A DNA stretch of 64,000 bases from Tubiluchus corallicola (GCA_030141605.1 JAQGDQ010000094.1:186001-250000); one strand, 5' to 3'; positions 11,560-25,847 are shown, numbered from the stretch's first letter. Made by a program: numbers and translations. The notes: generated by a model from the sequence alone, not told the origin.

Positions 11560-12110
11560 CTTTCTTCGAATAACTAGGAAATGGATATTTTAGATGAAAT
11601 ATTTGTCGGACTACGTACAGTAAGCAAACTAGAAAAGAAGAAACTGCATCTGAAAAATCTGTGAACGACCTTGAACAATACAAGAGGCGTGACATGCTAG
11701 AAATTACAGGTATCCCCTTTATTGAGCTTGAATCTACTAATACCTTGTCGAAAGACTTCATGATGTCATTGGTATACACATAGCTCCTGAAGATATTGCT
11801 ACTGCGCATCGATTGCAAAGACAAGAACTGGTGGCGCACCAGTAAGTATAGTCAAATTCGTACGACGCGACATCTGAGACAAAGTATATGCAGCCAAGAA
11901 ACAAATCAACTCTGCTCATGACCTAGGGTGCTCAACAGCAAGCAAAATTTATATAAATAAAAACCTAACAAAGCAAAGTAGGTCACTACTATACCATGCA
12001 CGACAGTGACAAAACAGTTGTGATACGAATACGTATGGTCTCGATATGGTCGCATCTTTCTTAAGAAGTCAAACTCTGCTGATTCTGAAACAGTACCAAT
12101 TGACTTTCTT
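11560..12110 (+). mobile_element. Decayed LINE ORF1 (L2/Crack/CR1-group type)
   Basis: Broken plus-strand translation: DLEQYKRRDMLEITGIP, DIATAHRL, IVKFVRR, KIYINKNLTK, YVWSRYGRIF. Confidence 0.75.
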
Positions 12111-12319
12111 CAAGTTCTACTGTACTATGCTATCTGAGTTGGCGAGTGGTCTCCCTTATGTAGCAACTGTCACATACATGGCAGGAAAATTTATAAACGA
12201 CATTGGAGAGGCCGTAGTAGTTTGGAATTTCAAGGTGAGGTGGCTTAGATAGAAATTTGCCAATAATGGTCCGAGAGTACTACCCATGGCAGTGCCATCT
12301 GAAACAAATAGCTTCGATT

Positions 12320-12860
12320 TCGGTACTCAGTTTTCTCCCACATTTTATCGTCGGTATGTTGATGTCACCTGCCTAGCGTTTTCTAATCCGAATCACGTAG
12401 AATCGTTTTTGCAACACATAAATTCTAATTCTGCGCTAAATTTCACTTGTGAGCGCGCCTCCAATAATATTTTAAACTTCATGAGTTTGGCTTCAGTTTT
12501 CACTCACTTAAGAAAATTATAAAGTAAAATGTTGATAAAAATTGTTGCTCAAATGACAGATCTACATTCATTGAGGCAAATTCCAAAACAGATGACGATA
12601 GGCGGTTTGTAAAGATGCCATACATCAATAATACCAGAGTGAAACATCTTAATCATATCTTTAGGAACACCTCTGTGCATCGTGTGTTTGTGAGTACCTG
12701 CAACTTGTATTAAGTGCTGCGTGAAAGAGAATCGACAATTCTAAATTACTGTGGCACCTCCAATGTCATTCATAAATTTACCTGCCATGGATGTGGCAGT
12801 TGCTACATAGGGAGGCCACTCGCCAACTCAGGCACCGTAGTGCTGAGCACAAGAGCTCAG
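12320..12860 (+). mobile_element. Penelope-like element remnant (RT end plus GIY-YIG endonuclease)
   Basis: PTFYRRYVDV...FLQHINS...NFTCE (Penelope RT YVDD region) and NVIHKFTCHGCGSCYIGR..RQLRHRSAEH (GIY-YIG). Confidence 0.8.
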
Positions 12861-12889
12861 TAAAGTGAAAAGTCATTTTCAATCTGACA

Positions 12890-15066
12890 AGTTAACACAA
12901 AATGGTAATGAGTACAATAACCCTAATATAAGTGAAATATTAAATCATTTTTAGTACCATAGGCAGCAATATGGCGTACCATACACTGAAGTAAAATTTG
13001 ATTTTTTTTTGAAAAACCCAGTAAATAGCACATTTTTGTGTACCCTATATTATATAAAGAAACGTATGCGGAAATTAACAACTTAAACATTAATAAATCT
13101 GCAGGTCCAGGGAATATTCCAATTTATTTTTACAAACTAGCTATCAGCATTATTGCACCATTCCTAACAAGACTTTACAATAAATCGACTACTGATGGCA
13201 TATTTCCCAACATTTTAAAACTAGCAAACATAATTCCATTTATAAGTCAGAATCACCTGAAAATTCCACTAACCATAGACCCATTTCTTTACTCTCACCT
13301 GTTGCACTCGTTTTTAACTTTAATGAATTATCGAATGCTAACTAGATCTAAAGGAATCAAATACCTCGGTTTGTTCATTAATGATAATTGACATGGTCAA
13401 CACAAATAAAACGGATAACCTACAAAATTAGCAAGATCAAGGATATAATTGTGAGTATAAGACACTACGTAAATACACATGTACTAATACACCATGCAAT
13501 GATTTATCCTTCACTGTGGGATTCTTGCTTGTGGCTCTGCGTCTTTACATACTTTAAAACCAATACAAAGCTGATGGCATTTTCTGGTAGTCGGGAACAT
13601 GCAACACCATACTACGTTAAATCGGGCTTCCTAAACCTAAATGATATCTACAAATTCGAGCTTGCAAAATTTGTATGCAAATTTAAGAGTAAATTACTAA
13701 CAAAATTGTTTTTAAATTACTGTACGCCAGCATGTGACATTCACAGTTACGACACTAGGTTTTCTACTAGTGGTTCTTTTTTCGAATGATTTAATACATC
13801 TAAGAGTCAAAGGTCATTAAAAAATCAGGGATCACTATTATGGAATACTAAGTATCAAGGATATCAAGTATTAAGGAATACTAAGTATCATGGAATACAG
13901 TATCAGTATTACTACCTGCTCATATAACTTCTTTACCTCTGCATTCATTAAGTGAAAAGTACGCTAAGGCACTTCTTGAAACTTACGTATAAATCAATTT
14001 TTATGTCTAATGCATGTACATTCTTGAAGTATTTTTTACTAAAAGAATATTAAAGATACAAACTCACCTTCTATAATGCTAGATATCCATTAATGTACAT
14101 GCTTCTGATATTACAGGCAACAGAGTCAGCAAAATGGACGTAATGATTTAGCATTGGCACAGAAACAATTGTGATGTATTTTTAATGAATTGCTTAACAG
14201 TACATAAATTCAAAAGTTAGCTATGCAATATGCATGCCTTATCAAACATACTTAATTTATTGCTTGCATGGTGTCAAACTTGCTTTGTCGCAATTACACT
14301 GGTTGCCCAATTTTGATTTGTTTTGCAAATAGCTTTGCTTTATTTTAATACTTATCAGCTTGATTGCTAATACCTAACAGACATTTGATCATTTGTTGTG
14401 CATTTATTTCCTTTTTGGTCTTTTCTTAGTATTGCTTGAAAACTTAAAATATTGTTTACTTGTTAAATCAGTTTGTGTTTGCTGTTATGATAATTTAATC
14501 TGGATCATAAATTTGTCATTTTTCAAAATTCAAAATTTTTGCTTAATGTATTGCAATAATCGGGCGAATTTGTTTTTCGTTTTCCTTTTTTCTTTTTTTT
14601 GTTATTCACATGTAAATTCATGGTCTCTTTACAGATATATTTTATAACTTCCATAAACCAAACAGTTGATAACTATTGCTTCTCTAAAGTTACTGATTTA
14701 AATTTCATTTCACATGTTTACCTAGGCATATCTGAAAATCTTGATTCCAGTTCAACTTTATTTAACGAATGTTGTTTTTTCCGAACATTTAACTATTCTC
14801 ATTTTTATCTGATTTTCTGTTTTGAACCGTTTATTACCTTTAATGTTTGACTTTATTTTCTTTAGGAAAGACTGGTTTTCGTATTTTTGTTTTTATATTC
14901 CTATTTCTGCATTTATGGATGTTTATGTATTTTTCATAGTTGCGTTCTTTTTGTCATTAGTGTCATTTTGTTTACTTGTATGTTTTATTGTTAAATGTAA
15001 ATTTATGGAGAAAAACAAATTACTTATCTAATCTAATCTAATCTAATCTAATCTAATCTAATCTAA
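12890..15066 (+). mobile_element. LINE ORF2 remnant with RT core deleted, probable 3' UTR and (ATCTA)n tail
   Basis: NKSAGPGNIP...GIFPNILKLANIIP joined to IKYLGLFINDN.TW and HSYDTR motifs. (ATCTA)n at 15026-15066. Linking the tail to this element is inference. Confidence 0.7.
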
Positions 15067-15532
15067 CAAATCTAATTCAACTCGAACAAAGTATATTTGT
15101 ACAAAGAATTTAATCCAGCTTTAATACACCATCCAATATACTGGAGTAGAGATGTCGAGCTAAGCTGGTGGAAAAAGATAGATTAGCGTACACACGCGCG
15201 CGCCTCTCAGCGCATAATCTTATGTTCGAAAGGGGGTGGTGGAGGAGAACATCCCGAGAATAACGGCTATGTACCTGTGACACAACTGGCATTCAGACAG
15301 AGGAACATATACAATATAAATGTTCGAAAATAGGCACCTAAAATACGCTTAATCAAACTGCTTAAGTTTTATTAATGTTACCACCTTGTGTGTTGCTAAC
15401 AAGCATGTAGATCTAACTAGTTTTGTAAAAAAATGTTTTACTTGCTTTCTGAAAAGTTCGTGTAGTTGTTATTTATAGAGCTGTCATCCTGCAACTGCTG
15501 TTATAATGTTATATAATTTCTTGTGACATGTC

Positions 15533-15564
15533 AATAAACTGTACTACTACTACTACTACTACTA
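15533..15564 (+). repeat. AATAAA plus (TAC)n, retroelement-type 3' tail
   Basis: CAATAAACTG followed by about eight TAC units. Confidence 0.6.
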
Positions 15565-15734
15565 CCTAAAATAAAACAAATAAACTTGAATAGAATTTCT
15601 TTACGAATTTTGAAAAGAACAGAATCTGCCATCTTTCTATTGCAATTTAATAACCTTATCCGACAGAGTTTGAAATATTGTGAAATACTTTAATAATCTA
15701 TTATATTAACATTCTTGGTATATTTATATATCGA

Positions 15735-16440
15735 ACGAAAGGGCTCGATCTAGTGTCGTCTCATTGGGGGTTTATTTTTCGAATCGGGCCCACCGCGAGG
15801 AGGGGGGGGGCAAAAAACCTCCAAAAATGGCCATTTTTCGGCCGTTTTTTGCAAAAGTTATACGGCTGAGATGTAGAGAACGGGAATGGGCCGAGGGTGG
15901 TGCTGGATATGGATAGATAGCCCGTTCAGCGATGGGTGTAGTAGGCATATTTAGAATTCGCGAGAGGACCACGGCGCCCCGCAACGGGCATTTTCCCGGA
16001 CCCAACTCGCGATTTTTTCGAAATTTTGATCAAACAGCCTGCAGGAAAAACTAGCGGCGCCTGGTGGGACTCTCGGAAGGAGATATATGGCTCATCAGAA
16101 AGAGGAAGAACAGGGCTACACGATGGTGTGGGCTATATGTTAGGACAGGTCCACCGAGAGGAGCACTGGCGAGTTAATTACATGTTCTATTTTCGGCAAT
16201 TTTCGCTTAGAAAACTGCTGACGCAATGCCATTGTTGTGACGTCATCCATTGTACTCTGCCTATAACTTTAATTCAGTAAAGGCTGCTACAGGCTTTGCG
16301 ATAGATAAACAGACAAACAGTAGGCAGGATGTTACGGGCTTTGTGTTATAAATGAGGACTAGGTAGGATGTTCGCGTATTATTGATTACACGTGTATTTA
16401 TACGCAAAATCTTTTGCGGGGCCTTTGCTATTTTAGTATA
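15735..16440. mobile_element. GC- and CpG-rich non-coding interspersed element with subterminal hairpin (possibly Helitron/Helentron-derived)
   Basis: Sharp compositional island. Hairpin CGCAAAA-TC-TTTTGCG near 16403-16418. No credible ORF. Confidence 0.4.
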
Positions 16441-19400
16441 TTAAAGTTACTTCACTTCTTAAGACATCAGTCTTTATTATGGGTGTAAACACTGTAAGTT
16501 TGTTTACTTGTATTGTTGAATTCTACAGTACCTAAAATAGGTTATGCATGGCCCTATCTATCATTCCTGTTACGTTCTGAAACATTATATGTATTACGTT
16601 ACTAAGAATTACATTACGTAACATTATGTTATGTTATGTCATATTATTAAGTTGTAAATAAATAACTGCTACCGTGTACAAATACTTAATAAACCACTTT
16701 CGTCTACCTAAGCGCAATCGTATTCGTAACTTGAGGATTTCTTTCTTTCTTTCTGGGCGTTGTCAAATACAAAAAATTACCAGAAGCACTACCAGATCCC
16801 AACATCTGTATTGAACTTGCTCTGCCAGCAATGGCGAAGTAACCAGGACGGTGGGTTGTTCCATGTCCTGCCCAGTTGCGTCAGGTCCAAACACCAAAAC
16901 GATAACTTCTATTCCAAACAAAATCGATTATTAAAGATAATGATAGTAGTATTTCAATTTTATAATGCTACCAGCTGTCAACATGACAAATTTACTAAAT
17001 TTGACTAATATTGAAAATGTTGCTGACTGTGACTGAATGAATGATATTGCATTAAGCCGCATTTATATTATGCTACCAATAATAAATGTTACCTGGAATA
17101 ATCACTTTGATGTAAAAACTGTTTTAATTAATAGGTGAAAATTTGACGTACACATTAGTGGTATCCCAGAATAGGTTTCAATTTAATAGACTAATCATGA
17201 ACAAATCGATTTGCTCTGCTCTGTCATTGGCTGAACTTATCGATTCATGGTTTCTCAGCTCTATTTCATGTTAAATAAACAACAGAAGGTATTATTACTA
17301 GGCCTAGTTAAAATAAAGACCTTTTAATCAGAAGCGATCTCAGTTGTACCTTGTGCGTCATGTGCCACTGTCCTATTTTCAGTCTCATAACAGATAATTT
17401 CTTTATTTTACGGGCTTTTGCCCTAACGGGCCTCATCAGCTGAATAAGCTGCTATAATGCTATAAAGGCCATTCAACATTTTACTCATGTTAAAGATGGC
17501 AGGAGAGCTCTCTCATATTTTTCATCAGCATCAATTTTACATTTAAAAAAAATTATCACGTGCTTTTCTTCCACATCCACCATGAAAGAACAATTATAAA
17601 AAGTCTTCAACTTTATACAGATAACAGACAACCCATCTATTTTCAATTTTCATTTTACTCCTGCAGGTAGCAAGACCGACTGCCGCATTTTCAAGCAAAT
17701 ACCTCATGGTGCTAGTGAACGTCATTAATCATTGAAGACACTGGTCAAGCTGGAAACAAAAGGGTTGATAACTTTTCCAATGATTAAGCTATAAACCGAA
17801 ATGGCTAATAAGCTGACAACGATGATCATGATTAGGGTAATGGCTAATTACTGCTTCTACTATTGGTCTGGATGTAATTGGTTATGACAATAAAACTGAC
17901 AGCTATGGTGATGATAACGGTGACAAAGATGATGATGACGACGATGGCGATGCACGAGCTCTCTCTCCCTCTCGATCTCAATCACATTCTGCTAGTACTG
18001 AAGAACGTTAAATTGCATCTTTGTTCTTTGATAACGTGAGATATTCTTGACAAGCGTTTCACTATGCTGCTACCTGTATTGATCAATAATAAACTACAAG
18101 GATCTCTCGCACGACTAACTCAACTGCATGACACTGACAGCTAGAACAGTCACAGTGGGAAGGTAATAGAGGCAGAAGGCAAATCATCTGCACCTTCTAA
18201 ACCAGTTTCCAATCACGAGTGTGAGCGCTTTTCTAATGAGAAACGATCATAAGCCTTGAATCCATGATTTTCATCTGTTGAACTAACTGGATTTTTTTAG
18301 TGCACAGCGCAATACTGAGAAAGTGTGATACAATTACACTGGACGATTTCTGGATGAGCTTTAAACGTAAGTCAATATTAATTGAGACAACTTTCTGATG
18401 TTAGTACATAACCATTTTCCACGTAACGTGGAAATAATAAACTGCTATTGTTTTATGGGCTTAGCAAATGCATGATCATCAGACATATATTTTCAAATAA
18501 TTGGCCCAATTTGACAAACCTTGTAACAGACAGATGGTTGGTCCATCAGCATGTATACTGCATATCGAAGCACGCGTCTACGCAGGTAGTAACTCCAAGA
18601 TGACATCAGATCTAGTGTTATATGGTAATCAAAATGACGCCTTGAGTTGTCTCTTTTTGAGGTGTCGATGCAAAAGGTCATCAAAGGGTATTTTGTTCAA
18701 ATGTTAATGCAGTGTGGGAGCAAACATAAAGCCTCAAACATAGTATTAAAGAGCACTTAACGCTAGTTTTAATATACATGAATGGCTCAAAAATTCAAAT
18801 GAGATTGCAAAGGTCGGAGTAAGGCTGAAAATTCCAATATTATTAAAACGAGCGATTAAAGATCGAAGATAGTGCCCACAAGTCATGCTGTCAGTATATT
18901 ATATACAGCTGCTGAATGACTCAGGTATTAAGTTGCAATAATAAGAAGTCTGTAAATGATAATATGATTAACAAAAGTGCAATGGAAACGGGCATCTGTC
19001 ATAATAAAGTCATGTTTCAGTTCCAAACAAATGCCCCACTTAACTAACTGCTTATTTACTACTACTGCTACAAGCCCCATTTGTTTTTTCTTATCCTCGA
19101 TTGAGACATCTCGACAATTTAAAGAAGATCCAGCATGGATTTGCTATATTGTCAGGTGTCTAAAAGCCTTGTGCACTGTATGATTGAATGACATGTACCT
19201 GAGAAAAACAATAGCAAAATCACCAAACGGTAATTGGTAAACGAGAAAATGTTGAGAAAGCCGCTGCTTAATCTTAGCTTAAAGACGAAAGCTTTAAAGA
19301 ACGCAGTTTACACAGTGTAGTTATGTACAATGCAGTTTTTCATCAGTGGTGTAAGATAATTGATATAAAGTTTCTAAAGATTATATTTTTGTTGTGACTA

Positions 19401-20325
19401 AATAGCTGTCGAGTAAAACTTTACTGCCCAACCCTTTGAAAAATTACTTCAGGTTGTTCGTTTCAGTTAGTTAAGTTTCCATAAATCTCCTGGCTTCATT
19501 GAAAGCTCACCGCTGTGCGAGGTTTTTCCTCTAAACACGTGGAAAAATACCAAGTTTCTGTAATCAAAACAATTTTCTGGAAATTTATATACCATGTCAT
19601 ATGATTTTGCACATAAAGTGACAGCTAGACTGAAAAGTGAGGCTTTTAACTTTCCAGTTAAAGGTTAAAACTGCGACCAGGAACATCCTCTGTGCCTGCT
19701 CAAATTTAACCAGGCGACAACCTGCTAAGTAAGTCGATTCACATTTGTTCTGTCACCTTCTTCGTTATACACCAGGCCACATTCTTAGGGTTGATTTTGC
19801 AACTAGGTTAGAATTATGAATTGTGAATTAATGTTTTACATTTGCAGAGCTCAGCCAGTTTGTCGCCTAAGCAGAGAATATAAATGGGCCCTGACGCACC
19901 GTAGGCAGATCTTAGCTAACTTGCATCCTAAAATGACTTGCATTATCTAAAACGTTAAACGCTTTTCTAATATCGATGGTTTTAACTCCTTCTGGTAAAA
20001 ATCAAACCAATTGAAGAGCAGTCTGGGTATTCAGAGCAGTAGAACTAATAAGATTTGTTTACACAAGTAGATTTTGAAAAATGTTCATCATTTACTAATA
20101 AAGCAAAAATTTTAGACGGAATCATGGTCATTGTAATAAAATGAATTATGTTTTTATTCGCTAATAAACGGATATTATTTAAACGAAATATTTGGAGCAT
20201 CAAAATCTTTCTGAAATATTTTTCTGTTGTGTTTCATATAACATGTTTCTGAAAAGCTAGCCAATGGAGACATAGTCATGTAAACGCACGAAAGCAACAC
20301 TAAATTAGAAAGTCTGAAAAACCTT

Positions 20326-20397
20326 GCACTTCCAATGGGGCTCGAACCCAAGCCTTCAGCTTTCCAGACAGCTATGCTAACCAATATACTACGCAGA
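20326..20397 (-). pseudogene. tRNA-like pseudogene or SINE head
   Basis: Minus strand has A-box TAGTATATTGG and B-box GGTTCGAGCC, then a T run. Stems pair poorly. A second, more decayed copy lies at about 20562-20622. Confidence 0.6.
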
Positions 20398-21129
20398 TAT
20401 CACTGACTTTTCAAACTTAGAAATTTACAATATTAGCCACTAGAGGTCTATCAATGAAGAACCACAGTCCAAAGCATCCAACGGTCCTATTGCATCAAGA
20501 AATAGTGCGAAGACAATCATATAAGCGGGCGAAAGCATTGCAAAATTAAAAAGTCCAAAAATTACTCCACCGGGACTCGAAGCTAAATCTTCAACATTAA
20601 CTGGGAACGATGTACCAATTTCCGTTTAAACAGGCGTTTATGTAACATTACTGCAGTTGACAAGCACACGTCTTGACCACATATAGCTCACACCATATAG
20701 AGAAAACTAAGTTGAACTGTGCGCATGGTCACACGAGCTTTAAAACTCATTACTGTTGGCCACCCCTGTTAGAAAAGCGTGGTTTTGTTAGAAAGTGCTT
20801 GTAGAAGTTGCCAACTAATTGTCAGTTTTTACAGCATGTTTTTACCTCTGTCGCGAATATCAATATCGTACATCTCGCTGAGATGTTTGCAAGCACTGGA
20901 TATTACGTGTAAAACTGTTATCCAATTTAGTCTATGACTTTAGTTGAATGTTTTTTCATTCTTTGAGAATAATTTTGTAGTAAGTCTACAGCATGAAAAT
21001 TTACATCGTTCAAATTCAGCAAAACTACCTTTTGCAAACATGATGATACCCGAATATGTCTATACTTTTACTCATGATCAGTTTTGTCAATATTTTGGTT
21101 ATCATTAAATATGAATTATTAAATTATTT

Positions 21130-21800
21130 TTCACACATTTCTATTTTTCTCTCACATAAGCATGCAGAAGTGCAATCTAACCCCTTCGTGTGTCCCACTT
21201 TTACACGTGTTACATTAGCGTGGAGCACACTTTAACCTTCGCACCGACATAAAGTAAGTTTAGTCAGTCCTGTGGTACAGATTCTTCGTTAATCAGTACT
21301 GAAACTAAACCACGGACTATCATAATCCAGTCGTACCCATTTGAGGTACAAATGTTAGGTATTGCAAAGAAGAACTGCTTTCCATAACTCACAATGATAG
21401 TTTGCCCGTTTTATATTCTGAACAAAATTGTCTTGATAAGCTTTCATTCCATTTGCAATGTTCACATTAATTTTTAAAGTTTTCAGTTGTTGTCTGCGAA
21501 TAAAATTAACTAGGCTGAAGTCAAGATTAAGTTTGTACCTTTGGCGCATTTTGTAAGCCGATCCTTAGAAATACTAACCTACTGCATGTGGGAAAGCTCA
21601 ATATACTTTTTCTTACACCATATACATGTGTATACAGGTCTCCAGAATGGTATCCAAATTTTTCTAATACAGATGGTCTACAGAACGACCTTTTGTCCAG
21701 TGCTGTCCCTATACTACTAGCAAAACCTACATTTTCCAGAACAAAACTCGTGTTTTACTCAGAAACGCAGGGTATTTCTAATTATTAGACAGTTCTGAAC
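21130..21800 (-). mobile_element. Decayed DNA-transposon-type protein C-terminus with Cys-rich (CXC-like) tail
   Basis: Minus strand QNIKRANYHCELW...GYDW...LCRC...GLDCTSACLC, with stops and frameshifts. Superfamily not assigned. Confidence 0.5.
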
Positions 21801-23098
21801 AGCCCTGTATACGCTATAGACTTGCTGAAGCTGCCTAGCTACAGCTAAAAGCTGGCAACAGATGATTATTTCTATACATGAATATTATGAATTAGTTGTA
21901 AAGCTTTGGCTTAATTATCTCAGCCGGAGTGAAGTACATTCTCATGGTTAACTTCACTCAAGGATTATCACATCTAATGCTGATTACCCTCAACCATAAT
22001 TGCATGGGCACAGCAACGCTTCTTGTATGGAGAGAATAGAAAACTGTATATAAACCAAACTGGTGCAGACGGCGTACACAATAATGTTACTGATAGGCAT
22101 AACAAATAACACCTTTATCCGTAAACGTTGCAAGAATTTATCGGCCATTAAAGTTAATTGGTAACTTTAAAACTTTTGACAGAAGCTCCAATTTGTTTAA
22201 TGTGAAAGTCATTAAAACAATACAAATTAAAATTAATAAAATGGAAAAATATAAATCGCAGTATGAAAAACTGAAACAAAAACAAATGTACAGATATTTG
22301 GAAATTAATTGTAACATAAAAGATGTCGTCTATTTCATCTTTGGTTCTTGCTATGCATACAGTATCATCAGCGTATTGCAGGTCTATGGTGGTAAGCGAT
22401 TTCGTTTGATTAGCATAATTGTGTTCTAACTCTGTTTCCGACAGCAGTTTCTCTTAATCCAAATTTGTGCAATTGCTGTAAAAGTTCTTTTCTGGGCAAA
22501 CATTTTCTGTCCATTAATTCCTTAGCAAGATAGAAAGTGAAGAGAACGTCAGTCTTCTCGATCCTTTGTTGGTGCAAAATAAAGTATCAGTTTGCCTTCA
22601 CATCTAACTAATTAAAAGATGTTCCAATAATATTTATATCATTATACGAACTGATAACAAATCTTAACGCACAGGAAATATGACAATTGCTGTAGTAATG
22701 CAAAAATATAGTTCACCTTAGCAATTATATAATAATAACTGTAAGCAGAAATCGTTAAATGCTCTTTGCATGATCTCGCTACCAATTTTGGGGGATTTTT
22801 TGCACAAGCCGTCCGAAATTTGATCTAAAACTGCCCGTAAACTAGGAGAACATATTGCGATTATCATAAGAATTGCATTCTACACTCGGCATTCAAGTTA
22901 CTATTGGGCTGCCTGCCATAAACTAACTGATTATAAGGGCCTTCTATGTCATTTTCTTCATTTCAAATGTTTGAACAAGTGGCTTTATCACACTTGCATG
23001 ATGGTATACAACAAAATCCTGCTAGTTTCCAACAGCATTTACCGTTGCAGCGTTTTTGTAGATGCAAATAACTACTTCCGGTATAATATCAGTAGCTG

Positions 23099-23838
23099 GG
23101 CATTATTCGCCAAGTGAGGTGCTACAGCCCTGACTACCTTGTTATGTAACCATACTACTGGAAAATCAAGCGTTGATTCTTGTCCTGATTTTCAATGTAA
23201 CTAAGCATTAAAAGTTTGTTCTTCTGACGGGCTCTTATCAAAGTAGTGATTTACATTACTAATTAACAGGTGTTAAACAATTTGTATCTTAGTAAATTTA
23301 GATCTGACGTAAGTCCAATGAATCACAAAATGTTACGGCTGATTGTGTTTGGCTCAACCCCTAAACATTAAAACTGTTCAAATCATCTATAATTTTTTTT
23401 CTTGTATTGCAAAGACATTTCCTTGTTTATAACATAAATGCACTGGCAGCATCACACCACGTCTGTGAATGAAGTGCTGGAAAAGTTAACGTGCATCTGT
23501 GAATGAAGGTTCGACAAGCTTGTGTGCGTTGCTATAAATCTTTTATTTCTGCATGGACTCGTATTATTATTACGAGCATACCTATTAAAATGGCAAATGA
23601 ATCCTGGTGCAAATGTAGATGCATGATATCTACATCGCCACAACTGATTGAGCATTTCTGGTTCTACACAGATAATTAATCACTTTCTGGGGACTCTGCA
23701 CAAGGGCTTTTTAAAAGAGCAAACTTTTCAACATTTGGAGACCTGTTCAAGAATATACACTTGCTTTACTGTCACTAGTAGAGAAGTGTTGGATACAACA
23801 CCATCGTGGCTGTAGCACCTCACTTAATGAATAATGCC
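23099..23838. mobile_element. MITE with 31-bp terminal inverted repeats
   Basis: GGCATTATTCGCCAAGTGAGGTGCTACAGCC (23099-23129) matches the reverse complement of 23808-23838 with 3 mismatches. No clear target-site duplication. Confidence 0.75.
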
Positions 23839-24795
23839 TTGGTTCCTCTCACTTACCATTGTTACACTTAAGTGTTTTTATACACCCATTTTACATTCAG
23901 CTCTAAAAATATAATCGCAACATTTTCTCCTAATGGCAAGATTTTGGTGGTTTTGTGTAAGAAATTATTGATATTTTTGTAGTTAAAGCATGCAGAGAAA
24001 ATGCCGCGCGCCCAACTACTGCTCCAGTCTCAATAATGCCCGACACTGGATTTTTATATAACAGTGTCGAGAGCTGTATACTGATAGTACTGTACAAGCA
24101 GACAGTATATCATTAAGTACATTTCTGGGCTATTCTCTGAGGCGGGACAGTTTTTAGGGTAGTGCGCCTTGATCAGCTATTCACAATTTTTTTCTGCTAC
24201 TGTCCAGGTGATCACAGCGGTGCCCACCATAATACTAACAATAAGTCAACTTTCAAATCTTACATAGTAAGTATTGTATATCCTTATCCTTGCCATGCAC
24301 AAATTTGTTCGTTTTAAAGTGGTCACTTGGGTCTAAATTTTAAACAGCCCTAAAAAATTACCCAAGACAAATTCGTGGGGGAAATTTTCTGGAACACTAC
24401 ACAACACACTGATTCAGAAACAACAAAAAGCATTTAAGTTGCAATTAATTCCCACAAATCGGAATTTTAGCTCTATTCCTATACTAATCTTTATTAAAGT
24501 ATGAAATTATTAATATCATTTTTATTATTGTTTTTAAAGAAAAAACGTATTAAAATAAAATAAAACGTAGATTAGGCTACAGACCATAGGAAGTTTTTAT
24601 TATTATCACCCTACGTAAAATGAGCAAATAAATTATATGATATTTATATACAGTTACTTGTACTCAACTAATCACAAATTGTGCTACATTTGAATGTCAC
24701 TGATTATTATAATTAAAACCTAGATGTGCAAGAAGAAACGTTGGCTGCTCTGCAATTAGTAAAAACTACATCCAGTTTTTGTTGATTCATGATCG

Positions 24796-24880
24796 AATAG
24801 CTCAGTGGTCACGAATATACTCAGTAACAAAAATTAAGCAAAGCCCAGTCTGGTAAATAAATAGATAAGTGACAAGTGGT
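24796..24880 (+). mobile_element. Decayed SINE head: tRNA A-box plus 5S rRNA-like segment
   Basis: TAGCTCAGTGG followed by AATTAAGCAAAGCCCAGTCTGGTAAATAAATAGATAAGTGAC, resembling the 5S internal control region. Confidence 0.4.
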
Positions 24881-25756
24881 TCTGCGTCCTATGTTAGTTA
24901 AGTATTTATGTTTATAATTAGCTAGATTCCAGGAGTGCCACAATCGTCAGCATTGAATACTCCCAGTCACTGAATGCTGAACTTAACACTACATTACAAG
25001 CAGTATTATTTTTCCAGATCTTTTTTAATTATTCACAACTATAGAATCTCATGTCAATAGATTACTCGTCAAATTATCCTTCTCCTTCCTCATAGGCCCT
25101 CCGGAAAATGACCGATTCACATGTTCTTGAGTTTTTGAATGGTGAATGGTTGCTCTTGAATAACACTCCGCGCTTTTGCTAAGCTCTTGCTTGCTTGTAC
25201 TAACATTGAAAAATTCAGCAGACCGAAAGTGACAATAATTTCAACATTAACCGAATGAACAGTTTAGGGACAGGCATTTTATTTATTTATTTTTGTTTTT
25301 ACCATATATTTTTTGTAGGATTAATCTCACTGCAGTTGCGCCCCTTACACGATGCCGACGTTTTACTGTACATTACTGCAATGAAATTGAATGATGCTAT
25401 GGCATTACCTGCGAACAAAATTTAATCAAGTGTAAATCTAATATTAACCAAGCCGGCTTCATTGCAACTTCATTGTTAAATGATGCCTGTGTAAAGTCTT
25501 TAATGAAATTTGATATTAAATAGTGTAATATTAGAAACGAATTTTCATTATAAAATAACTAATTAAGATCTTGTGTAGCTATTAAAACGCATTCAATAAT
25601 AAATTTACTTGTGCATATATAATACATTATTTTCAAAAAATTTCAATTAACAGTGAAAAACCTAATAACTAAACGTATACCTACTTCCACTAGATAGCTT
25701 AGTTTAGAATAATAGTAGGATCACGGATATGTTAAAATTATGTATAATCCCAGATG

Positions 25757-25797
25757 GTAGTAGTAGTAACAGTAATAGTAACAGAAGCAGTAGTAGC

Positions 25798-25847
<50 letters not shown>

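Noticed and set aside
20326-20397. Functional tRNA gene
   Set aside because: The anticodon and acceptor stems do not pair properly. The 52278-52350 copy is likewise decayed.
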